Below are positions 45,567-54,387 of a stretch of DNA of 64,000 bases, in pieces; within the stretch, counting starts at the first letter, position 1; every line of letters starts with the position of its first letter. The notes beneath the pieces were generated by a model. It saw only the letters and a program-made list of their open reading frames with translations, made no database searches and was not told the origin of the DNA. A program made the translations under genes and the position numbers. The DNA is from Minisyncoccota bacterium (GTDB lineage: Bacteria > Patescibacteriota > Minisyncoccia > Minisyncoccales > JAQTPW01), in the NCBI GenBank assembly GCA_028712565.1, contig JAQTPW010000001.1, forward strand, positions 77,114 to 141,113, given 5' to 3'.

Positions 45567-46511
45567 ATGAAAATTGTTTTTATCGGAACCCCGGAATTCG
45601 GAGCAGTTATTTTAGAAGAGCTTGCAAAAACAGATTACAGGCCGGCTTTGGTCATAACCGAAACCGATAAACCCAAAGGCAGAAAGCAGATTATCACTCC
45701 CCCGCCGGTTAAAATTGTAGCGGAAAAATACGGCATTTCTGTTTTGCAGCCAGAAAAAATTATAAATTGCAAAAATGAAATTGAAAAACTAAGGCCAGAT
45801 TTAATAATCGTTGCGGCTTACGGACAAATTTTACCAAAAGAAATTTTGGAAATTCCAAAATATAGGTCCATAAACGTTCATCCATCTCTTTTGCCAAAAT
45901 ATCGCGGTCCTTCCCCTGTTCAAAATGCTATTCTAAACGGAGACAAAGAAACGGGAGCAACAATTATGTTAATGGATGAAAAAATGGATCACGGTCCGAT
46001 TTTAACGCAAAAAAAAGTTCCAATTGAAATAAATGAAAACGCGATACAGCTCCATGAAAAGTTGGCAAAAATTGGGGCAAAACTTCTTATAAATACAATC
46101 CCCTCTTGGGTAACTGGCGCAATTAAACAAATAATTCAAGATGAAAAAATGGCAACCTATACAAAAATTATCAAAAAAGAAGATGGAAAAATTGACTGGA
46201 AAAAACCAGCAAAAGAAATAGATAGGCAAATCCGGGCATTTGACGATTGGCCGGGAAGCTATACGTTTTTTAAAAACGGCGACAATTTAATAAGGCTAAA
46301 AATTATAAAAGCTGGAGTTTTGGCACAAACACAGCATGGCCCTTTTGGTGTGCCGGGAAAAACATTCATGGCAACCAACGAAGAAATTGCCGTTCAAACC
46401 GGAAAAGATTATTTAATAATCAAGGAATTGCAACCGGAAGGTAAACGAAAAAAGGCCGCAAAAGAATTTTTAAAAGGCCATACTAAATTTATTGGAATAA
46501 TTTTTGAGTAA
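45567..46511 (+). CDS. fmt: Methionyl-tRNA formyltransferase
   Basis: GTPEF, AAYGQIL, NVHPSLLPKYRGPSP and MDHGP motifs. Confidence 0.97.
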   Translation: MKIVFIGTPEFGAVILEELAKTDYRPALVITETDKPKGRKQIITPPPVKIVAEKYGISVLQPEKIINCKNEIEKLRPDLIIVAAYGQILPKEILEIPKYRSINVHPSLLPKYRGPSPVQNAILNGDKETGATIMLMDEKMDHGPILTQKKVPIEINENAIQLHEKLAKIGAKLLINTIPSWVTGAIKQIIQDEKMATYTKIIKKEDGKIDWKKPAKEIDRQIRAFDDWPGSYTFFKNGDNLIRLKIIKAGVLAQTQHGPFGVPGKTFMATNEEIAVQTGKDYLIIKELQPEGKRKKAAKEFLKGHTKFIGIIFE

Positions 46512-46585
46512 AATTATTTCTTTGTTTTATAAAAAATAAGCTGGTGGAAATTACCCACCAGCTCTTTGTTTTTGTTTGGAAAAAA

Positions 46586-47134
46586 TTACTTTAGAATTTC
46601 GCCGCCAAAGTATCCAGTAATGCTAGCTTTGGCTTTGATATGGCCGGAAATTGCGGCTTTAAATGCGGTATAATCTGCATTTTCCGCCAATCCCAGCGTT
46701 TCTGTATCCAGCGCATACAAAGTAAATTCATACCGATGCGCCGGGACATTAGCCGGCGTTCCCGGGCCCCCGTAGCTATTTGTCGGCAGTCCGGGCATAG
46801 GCAGCATATTGAAATTATTTTTCAATTCTTTCACTCGAGGCACGAAATTATTTGGACTCGCGCCCTCGGGTATAGCGCGGACAACCGCAGGGATATCCAC
46901 TATTATCCAGTGGATAAACAGATTGTCTGGCAATGTGCCTTTAGGTGGCAGCATGCCTATCCCGGGGAATTCCGTTCCCCATGGAATATCTAGGTCCGCC
47001 ATTATAATGGCGAAACTTTTTGTTCCCTCGGGAACGGCGCTCCAAATTAATCTTGGAGACTTATTTCCTCCGGCAAGCCCGCATTTTTCGGGTATTCTGC
47101 CCATATCACTAAAATTTCCAGACCTCAGCTCCAT
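46586..47134 (-). CDS. YbhB/YbcL (PEBP) family protein
   Basis: SP.L.W..VPEGTKSFA, HW, YGGP and HRYEFTLYALD motifs. Confidence 0.92.
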   Translation of the reverse strand: MELRSGNFSDMGRIPEKCGLAGGNKSPRLIWSAVPEGTKSFAIIMADLDIPWGTEFPGIGMLPPKGTLPDNLFIHWIIVDIPAVVRAIPEGASPNNFVPRVKELKNNFNMLPMPGLPTNSYGGPGTPANVPAHRYEFTLYALDTETLGLAENADYTAFKAAISGHIKAKASITGYFGGEILK

Positions 47135-47253
47135 AGCAGCCCTCCTTTTTTTAAAACTAATGCTTCTATTTTTAGAAGCATCTCTTGCTAACTATAAAAA
47201 AAGTGGATGATTTTGTCAATCACGTTCCAAAAAGAAGTTGCATAAAATCCATC

Positions 47254-48939
47254 TTATTTTAACTCTTTTTCAATGTCTTCTATTTCTTTTCTGATCGCAT
47301 CTTCAGAACTCTTTAGGAAATAAAACAATCTGTCTCTTAACTTCTTTTCATCAGGACTTAAACCCGGCTTTGAGTCAAAATATTCAATTCTTAATTCCAA
47401 ATCTTTTCTTAATTTTTCAAAATTTTTCTTCAAACTTTCCGCGGCTTCCCGTGTTTCTTTTATCAAACGGTCTTTTTCTTTTCTATTTTTCCGAAGAATA
47501 AGAAGAATTAGGAATATCGCCATTAAAATCAAAAGGACAATTAAAGCCGAGAAAAAAGTGGAATAAGTGAATATGAAGGGGCCAATCGCAATCCCAGACA
47601 AAATCACTTTAACAGAATAAGATGGTGAAGGATTGCTTATGGCTCCTTTTGCGTTTCTTGTTCTGGCATATAACGCATAGTTTCCGGATTTTAAAAACTC
47701 TTCGGTTGTAAAAGACCAGTTTCCATCTTTATCGCTTTTGGCTTCCCAATTTTTAGCTTTATTTTCCTTGCTTTCTAAAAATATTAAAATTGTGGAATTA
47801 GGCAAAGCAGTGCCTTCTATGTAAAAAGTATCTTTTCCAGAAATGTAAGTTTTTGGATAAATTAATATTTTTGGCGGTTCAATTGATTCAACTTCCAAGA
47901 TTGTTTCAGATTTTACGGTATTGCCGGCTTTATCAAGGGCTTTTATTGTAATTTCATAAGTTCCGGGCGACTGAAAGGGCACATGATAAGGATTTGTGTC
48001 AGCCGGCACTACCGAAAAAGTGTCTTTGTCATCAATCTTTATTTCGTAATGGCTAATTCCCGACAATTCGTCTTTTGCTTCAAAATATAAATCAGGGTTT
48101 GGGTTTGCCAGATCCCCTTCGTTGTCAATTCTAATATCAAATGACCCGGGAGATTTTGTATCAATCTGAACCCGGTAATGCGCAGTTTCGCTCCAGCCAA
48201 CATTGTTTTGCACCTTTAAATGGAAATACCAGATTCCATCTTCAGTTTTTTCAAACTTCTCTGAATTAAAAATGCCTTCTGATTTTTGTTTTGGCTGGGT
48301 TTGCGACTTTTGGTCAAATTCAGTTGAAACTCCGATAATTTCTGAAGAGATATTCCATAGAAATTCCGGATTTGAATTATTATACCAGCTATTTTCTTTT
48401 GGATGCGTGTTCGAACTAATTTTTGGTTTTTCTGGCAACCCCGGCGTTACTGGTACGCCTTTTTCTATTTTATAATTTCCATCAGAAACGCTAGTCAAAA
48501 TGTCTGTTCCTCGGCCGTCCGCGGCCAAAACTAACGCATCAGAAATTGAAACCTTGGCAGTTCCTGAAACTTTCCCGCGGAAATTAACAACCAAAATGGT
48601 TCCAACTCCGGTAAATCCGGGAGCCGGCACTCCGCCGCCATAAGTAATTTTTCCTTGTGAATTTGAAAAAACCGGCTCTTCTGGCCAAAGCTGGAATATA
48701 GAGCCGGACTTTGACACGCTGACTACTTCCAATATATTTGCCGGAAATGAAATTGTGGCTTTCGACGCGTTTATTGGGGCACCATCGCTGTCTACTTTAA
48801 TTTTTACCGAAAACTGGCTGTAAACCTCATAGTTTCCCGCCGCAGGTTCAAAAAACAGCGATGCATTGGCAGCTTTTATTTCAGTTGCTGAAAAAAGGAA
48901 AATTATTAAAAATGACAGAACAAAAGCTAATTTTTTCAT
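47254..48939 (-). CDS. Cohesin-domain, multi-Ig surface protein with a C-terminal TM and cytoplasmic coiled coil
   Basis: Signal peptide; ASLFF.P..F.V.I.VD..PINA...I.FP..L, SIF.LWP.EP and G.I...GG; Ig domains with DKAGN; TM. Confidence 0.8.
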   Translation of the reverse strand: MKKLAFVLSFLIIFLFSATEIKAANASLFFEPAAGNYEVYSQFSVKIKVDSDGAPINASKATISFPANILEVVSVSKSGSIFQLWPEEPVFSNSQGKITYGGGVPAPGFTGVGTILVVNFRGKVSGTAKVSISDALVLAADGRGTDILTSVSDGNYKIEKGVPVTPGLPEKPKISSNTHPKENSWYNNSNPEFLWNISSEIIGVSTEFDQKSQTQPKQKSEGIFNSEKFEKTEDGIWYFHLKVQNNVGWSETAHYRVQIDTKSPGSFDIRIDNEGDLANPNPDLYFEAKDELSGISHYEIKIDDKDTFSVVPADTNPYHVPFQSPGTYEITIKALDKAGNTVKSETILEVESIEPPKILIYPKTYISGKDTFYIEGTALPNSTILIFLESKENKAKNWEAKSDKDGNWSFTTEEFLKSGNYALYARTRNAKGAISNPSPSYSVKVILSGIAIGPFIFTYSTFFSALIVLLILMAIFLILLILRKNRKEKDRLIKETREAAESLKKNFEKLRKDLELRIEYFDSKPGLSPDEKKLRDRLFYFLKSSEDAIRKEIEDIEKELK

Positions 48940-50258
48940 TTTAACCCCTTTAATTCTTCTTCTTGTTTTTGAATTTCTTCCTGTTTTTTAATTAATCTTA
49001 TTTTTAATTCGTTTTGTTTTTTCTTTTTCTTTCGGTTTATTCCCAATAAAATCCAGATGACCGACACCAAAATCAGGAAAATTATTAGAGAAATCAGCCA
49101 CCAAGGCAAAAAGAATCCCCAAAAAAATATGCCTTCTCTTGTAATATATATGCCGGCGGGAATGATTTGAATTTGCAAAGTTTCGTCTTGCCAGTTGCCC
49201 GCCGCATCAAAAGCGCGGACGACAATTAAATACTTTCCAACCGATAGCTCGGGCAACTTATAGGGGCTTGCGGTTTCCATAAAAAACGCTGTTTCTTTTT
49301 CTTGCCTGCCCGGAGTTATATCAATTATTTTTGTTTCAAAATGGTCAAAGCCAGACAAAGCATCGGTTGTAATAAATGAAATAATTGGATTTTTTGTTGT
49401 TGTTTTTTCTGCCGGGCTGGCATTTGGTAAAAACGACGCCGGCGGAGTTGCATCTATTTGCACTAAATAGTGGGAAATTCCTCCCCAAACATTGGCTTTT
49501 TTCGCTTTAATGTGGAAATAAAAGATCCCGTCCGCTAAATTTGAATAAGAAACTGAATCAATATCTCCCTCTGAATTGTTATCGGGAATCCCCTGGGGAT
49601 CATTGTCTATGCTGTAGCTGAATTCGGCAACGCCTTCGCCTTTTACCCACGCAAAAGTTGGATTGTTGTTTTTATACCATTTGTTTTGGTCAGAATGAGT
49701 TGGAGAAAAAACTTCCGGGCCTTCTGGCGGAGGTATAGTTAAGCTGTAAACCCCTCTGCCCATAGACGATAAAACGTTTGTGCCTTTTCCGTCATCCAAA
49801 AGAATTTTTGAAGTGTCTTGAAAATAAATTGTAGTATTTCCCGGAGAAACGGCGCGAAAAGTGATTGTAGAAACCAATCCAGCAGAAGTATTGATTCCGG
49901 GAGAAGGCATTCCTCCCTGAAAAGAAGCGGTCCCTTCGGAATTTGAATAGGCGGGCTGGGCAACCCAGACAGAAATAAAAGATTTTCCGGCTGTCGGACT
50001 GGCAATCTGCAGCTTCTTGGGATCAAATTTTAAATCCGCCTGAATTGCGTTAATGTTATTGCTGCCGGTATTTACAAAAATCGAAACATCAAACGTATTT
50101 CCCACATAAAATGTCCCGGAATTCGGAGAAAGATAAAAGGAAGCGCCAGTAGCATAAACATTATTCGCAGATATTAAAAAGCAAAAATTAAAAATCAAAA
50201 ATAACACCGCTAGAAAAGTGAAAAATATCTTTGATTTTATTTTAGGAAAAAACTTCAT
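48936..50258 (-). CDS. Cohesin-domain, Ig surface protein with a C-terminal TM
   Basis: Same N-terminal cohesin-like pattern; SPTH.DQ.KWY and DAAGN Ig domains; TM and basic tail. Confidence 0.8.
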   Translation of the reverse strand: MKFFPKIKSKIFFTFLAVLFLIFNFCFLISANNVYATGASFYLSPNSGTFYVGNTFDVSIFVNTGSNNINAIQADLKFDPKKLQIASPTAGKSFISVWVAQPAYSNSEGTASFQGGMPSPGINTSAGLVSTITFRAVSPGNTTIYFQDTSKILLDDGKGTNVLSSMGRGVYSLTIPPPEGPEVFSPTHSDQNKWYKNNNPTFAWVKGEGVAEFSYSIDNDPQGIPDNNSEGDIDSVSYSNLADGIFYFHIKAKKANVWGGISHYLVQIDATPPASFLPNASPAEKTTTKNPIISFITTDALSGFDHFETKIIDITPGRQEKETAFFMETASPYKLPELSVGKYLIVVRAFDAAGNWQDETLQIQIIPAGIYITREGIFFWGFFLPWWLISLIIFLILVSVIWILLGINRKKKKKQNELKIRLIKKQEEIQKQEEELKGLK

Positions 50259-51172
50259 TTAATTATTTTTTTGCGTTCTTTTTTTCTATATACTAACCAG
50301 TAAATCGCAAATACGCCAAAGATTAGTAAAGTGATTATTAAATAGAAACTTAATCTTTTGGACGGGACTAATTCGGAAATTCTTTCGTTTCCGGCCTTAT
50401 CAATAGCTTTCACAAATATCCTGCTTTTTAGTTTTTGATCTTCCAGAAGATAGGGGCTCTGCCCTATTTTCCAATCGCCATTCCCCTCTTTTATTTCGTA
50501 ATGGTCAATTCCAGTTTGCGCATCAGTTGTAAAGAACGCGATGAAATATTTTCCCGAAAATGCGACTTTGTCTTTCCCTAATTTTATTTCAAAATTTTCT
50601 GGGGGCGCTTTATCTTCGGAAATTTTTTCTTCCCATTCATTTTTTACGGTATCGGATGTTTTTAATAAAATTGTAAAATTTGCCGCCGAAAAATTCAGTT
50701 TATCGGGAGTTCCCGAACCATCATTTAATAAAACTTGCGAATCGCTGTTGAAATTTATTTGGGCAATAGCGGAATTTACGGCGCGGAAAGCTAATGAAAC
50801 CAATTTTCCATCGCCGGAAAATCCTCCGGGCACCCCGCCAATAAATGAAATTTCACCTTCGGTATTTGAAAATGCCGGACTTTTTGGCCAAAGCGTTAAA
50901 ATCGATTCTCCGGTGCTTATATCTACAATTTGCAAATAATCTTTTGGGAAACCTATGTTAATCCCGCACGTGTTAATATTTTCGCCTTCTGCATCTAGTC
51001 TTACGTCAACAATAAAAGTATCCTCGTTTTGATAAGTCCCGCTATCGGAAGAAAAATATAATGTGGAGGCTTTCAAAAACGAAGGATTTAGAATATAGAA
51101 TCCAGCAAATAAAACAAATGAAAGCAAGGTGCAGAATCGCCAGTTTATAATTTTTAATTTTTTATTTTTCAT
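50255..51172 (-). CDS. Cohesin-domain surface protein with a C-terminal TM
   Basis: Cohesin-like domain; D..TGIDHYEI and DKAGN; TM and basic tail. Confidence 0.8.
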   Translation of the reverse strand: MKNKKLKIINWRFCTLLSFVLFAGFYILNPSFLKASTLYFSSDSGTYQNEDTFIVDVRLDAEGENINTCGINIGFPKDYLQIVDISTGESILTLWPKSPAFSNTEGEISFIGGVPGGFSGDGKLVSLAFRAVNSAIAQINFNSDSQVLLNDGSGTPDKLNFSAANFTILLKTSDTVKNEWEEKISEDKAPPENFEIKLGKDKVAFSGKYFIAFFTTDAQTGIDHYEIKEGNGDWKIGQSPYLLEDQKLKSRIFVKAIDKAGNERISELVPSKRLSFYLIITLLIFGVFAIYWLVYRKKERKKIIK

Positions 51173-51179
51173 TTTTAAT

Positions 51180-52142
51180 TTATTTCGTCCAATAATACAT
51201 CATTATTGAGAAGTCTATTAAATCTACTATACCATCATGATTGATATCCGCACAGATGTTTGCCGGTTTTTTCTGATGCCAATAATATAAAAGTATAGAA
51301 AAATCAACTAAATTTACCTTTCCGTCAAAGTTCAAATCAGCCCCTTTGCAGACCATGGCCCCCTTTTTTACAACCAAAAAAGACATTGTTTGCGAAAACG
51401 AGCTTTGTTCGCCAGCGCCAAAAGCCGCTTTGGCTCTTGCTTCATGTCCGCTTTCTTCCAACGGAGTTGTGTCTAATTTATAAGACCATTTGCCATTTGC
51501 AGAAGTTGATGCATTTTTTACGATTTCATTTGAAGCGACAAAAATACTTACTTGGCTTGCCGGGAAGGATTGGCCATAAATATCAACTGGATTTCCTTTT
51601 TCCACTTGGGTGGGACCCAAATCAATTGTAGGTGCTAAAAAAATTCCCGAAACCGTTGTGGTTCTGTCAGCCAAAACGCCAACGCTAAAACCTATGGTTA
51701 CAGACCTTCTTCCATCAGTATCCTCGGCAAAAATTGAAAAATTATAATTTCCTGCGGCAATGCTTTGAATTGTTCTTTCAAATAAACCGGAGTTTTCTGC
51801 GCGAAAAGTGGCAGCAATTGCTCCATTCTTCATTAAAGTTAAAACAGCTTGCGGATATGCTCTTCCTTTGAAAATAACTTTAGTTTCCGGCGACACATAC
51901 GAAGTTCCGCCGCCGCCGCCTCCCCCGCCTCCGCAATTTCCGCAATCTACCGGGCAGGTTGCACAAGTTTCTCCGCCGTTGCAGGACGTATCTCCGCAAT
52001 AAGGCGAGGGAGTTGTTGTTGAGCTTTGCACAACTGCGCTTACAGTAATATCAACTTCCTGTGCAAAAACAAAAACTGGAAAAAGCATTAAAATAATTCC
52101 AAAAAGAAAAACAGTTATTTTTCTAAAACCAATCCCGTGCAT
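51180..52142 (-). CDS. Secreted protein with a C-terminal type I dockerin-like domain
   Basis: ADLNFDGKVNLVDFSILLYYW and ADINHDGIVDLIDFSIMMYYW paired repeats; two Ig-like domains; poly-Gly linker. Confidence 0.85.
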   Translation of the reverse strand: MHGIGFRKITVFLFGIILMLFPVFVFAQEVDITVSAVVQSSTTTPSPYCGDTSCNGGETCATCPVDCGNCGGGGGGGGGTSYVSPETKVIFKGRAYPQAVLTLMKNGAIAATFRAENSGLFERTIQSIAAGNYNFSIFAEDTDGRRSVTIGFSVGVLADRTTTVSGIFLAPTIDLGPTQVEKGNPVDIYGQSFPASQVSIFVASNEIVKNASTSANGKWSYKLDTTPLEESGHEARAKAAFGAGEQSSFSQTMSFLVVKKGAMVCKGADLNFDGKVNLVDFSILLYYWHQKKPANICADINHDGIVDLIDFSIMMYYWTK

Positions 52143-52253
52143 TTACGTATTTTAACATCCTCTTTTAAAATTTACGAGTGGAAAATGCGAACGAAAACAA
52201 AAACCGTCCCCAAATTTATTAAAGGGCGGTTTCATTGCAAAGAAAAAAAATAG

Positions 52254-53195
52254 TTAATATCTCTCCCCCCGAACTAAAATTTTTATTGCCGAAATCAGCC
52301 TGTTTCTCATTAAAATCAAAATTATAATACTCGCCAATATTATTAATCCGAATTTCCAAGGGAAAGCCCAAAATGTAATCACGACCGGAACCAAAGAATT
52401 TTCAGAACCATAGGTACCTGTAATTGTTGCGGTATATTTTCCAGCCCAAAACCATTTTTTATCCAAGACAGCATCGAATTTTCGCACTGCGCGAGGCAAA
52501 ACATTTTGTTGTTTTATCGTCGCAACGCCAACTTTTTGTCCAAGCCAATTCGTAACCGTAACCATGGCCAATGGCCGCACGTGAACATTTCCTAAATTTT
52601 CGAATTTAGCATTAAAATAAACCGGCCCGTATTCAAAATAAGGAATAGTGCTGGAAACATAAAAATCTTTAACAGCCAAAAATTCTTTCATTTTGCCGGG
52701 CGTGGTCAATAAAACCAGTGTTCCAATTCTTGTAACAAGCGCGGTGCCTGTAATATTAGACCCTGCAATTGATGCGCTGGCAGCCAAGACAGTTCCATAA
52801 TGGCCGCCGGGCTCAGCATTATTAGGAATTGTAATCGAAAAACTTACCCATTGGGATTGCCCGGGCTCCAAGACAAATTCATTTGGAGTGCATTTTATCC
52901 AGTTTGCCAACGAATAGGTTTCTGTTTCGGCCGGTTCAGGAATTACATAACCTGCTTCGCCAGTGGGCGCTATATCTTCAACAGCCATTTTAATACCGAC
53001 CTGGCTATCGCTGGGGTTTGAAATTTTTACCTGATTTTCAATTACTTCACCAGGGTTTCCGGTCAATTCAAAAACTGTCGGAGATACAGCGATAGTAGTT
53101 GCAGCATTGATAACCTGCCTATTGCAAAATCCGAATAAACACACACCCATCAAACAAATGATGAGCCATCTTCTCATAATAAAAAAATATACCAC
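52254..53195 (-). CDS. DUF916/PapD-like Ig protein with a C-terminal TM
   Basis: SPTVFEL...PGE, SLANWI, IP.NAEPGGHY, ENLGNVH, GKY.A and FWAFPWK motifs. Confidence 0.75.
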   Translation of the reverse strand: MVYFFIMRRWLIICLMGVCLFGFCNRQVINAATTIAVSPTVFELTGNPGEVIENQVKISNPSDSQVGIKMAVEDIAPTGEAGYVIPEPAETETYSLANWIKCTPNEFVLEPGQSQWVSFSITIPNNAEPGGHYGTVLAASASIAGSNITGTALVTRIGTLVLLTTPGKMKEFLAVKDFYVSSTIPYFEYGPVYFNAKFENLGNVHVRPLAMVTVTNWLGQKVGVATIKQQNVLPRAVRKFDAVLDKKWFWAGKYTATITGTYGSENSLVPVVITFWAFPWKFGLIILASIIILILMRNRLISAIKILVRGERY

Positions 53196-53214
53196 GAAAA
53201 TAAGTGGTTGTAAA

Positions 53215-53847
53215 CTAGGATGCTGGAAGCAGGGTAAAGTCTATTGTATCAGTGTAGGTTCCTGCTGTTTTCTGATTAGACGTAGTTGCTTTAAATCTTA
53301 CATCAATTATCTGACCAGACTCTGGCACTCCATTCGTTGCCAAGGTTTGTGCGGTTGTCGAAGCAGTTCCAACTATTTGAAGAGGTTCATTATCCCAATA
53401 ATTATATATCGGGTCAATAGTTGCGTCGCTGGAACTTGCCTGGACCCCATAGCCGTCAGTTCCGATTTCAATAGTAGTGCTTCCCGAAGCGTGACTTGCA
53501 ATAGATGTTGCATTATAGATTAATGCGGCATTATCGCTCTTAACAGTCAGACTAAATCCATCATCGTGGTTTGTTCCGCATGTTAGAGTCACGATTTGGC
53601 TGGTACCTGTTGCAAGATTTCCCGATGTATCAACTAGGGCGGGCAAAATTGCAACGCTTGTTGTAGAGCCAGTAATTGAAAGCCATTCAGAAACTGTAGC
53701 TGTAACAGTTACGGAAGTAGCGGCAGCTAAAGCATTATTTGTTGACGGCTTCATTCCGAATAAACTAACAACGCCCACGATTGCCAAAACCAACCCAATA
53801 AATAAAACTAGATTTATTTCCCAATTCTTCTTAATTCTTTCTGCCAT
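53215..53847 (-). CDS. Secreted pilin/WxL-like structural subunit
   Basis: Long signal sequence; mature N-terminus TSVTVTATV with alternating hydrophobics; C-terminal AGTYTDTIDFT strand. Confidence 0.7.
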   Translation of the reverse strand: MAERIKKNWEINLVLFIGLVLAIVGVVSLFGMKPSTNNALAAATSVTVTATVSEWLSITGSTTSVAILPALVDTSGNLATGTSQIVTLTCGTNHDDGFSLTVKSDNAALIYNATSIASHASGSTTIEIGTDGYGVQASSSDATIDPIYNYWDNEPLQIVGTASTTAQTLATNGVPESGQIIDVRFKATTSNQKTAGTYTDTIDFTLLPAS

Positions 53848-54006
53848 TCTTATTAATTTTTAGATTGATTTTTAATTTCTACCCCTCGACCTGTCAGGTA
53901 GTTTTTATACTTTGTTTATTATAGCATAAAAATTCATGTCAAGCTGTGGAAAAGTCAAAAGGATATCAAATATCAAAAATAAAATATCAAATAGGCATTA
54001 ATGGCT

Positions 54007-54387
54007 TCAAGCAGAATTTCTTTTTCCTTTCAATGTAAGAATACTTGAAGCAAAGATGCGGGAAATTTCTGTAAGTTCATTTAGCAACCATTCTGTTTCC
54101 ATAGTTTTATCATAATTCAAATCTTTTAAAATTGCCAGCCAAACTTTGCTTTCATTTGCGGATTTTAAAGAATGATTAAAAAAATTCGTATAATCTTTTC
54201 GTGAACTGGCCGCTTTTCCCTCGATATAATTGGCGAGAATGCTTGTCCCGCTTCTCACTAATTGGTCTCCTAAAATTCGTGTTGTTCTATTTTCAGGTAA
54301 TTTATCAACAAAACGAATGAGTCGCAGAACAAATTGATAAAGTCTTCGTTTAAAATCTTCGCTTTTTGAAAAATCCCGTTTGATCAT
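54007..54387 (-). CDS. Four-helix-bundle protein (TIGR02436 / 23S rRNA IVP-like)
   Basis: QLVRSGTSILANYIEG..ASSRKDY..F..SLKSANES..WL; ATG 54387 overlaps the upstream TGA (ATGA). Confidence 0.9.
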   Translation of the reverse strand: MIKRDFSKSEDFKRRLYQFVLRLIRFVDKLPENRTTRILGDQLVRSGTSILANYIEGKAASSRKDYTNFFNHSLKSANESKVWLAILKDLNYDKTMETEWLLNELTEISRIFASSILTLKGKRNSA

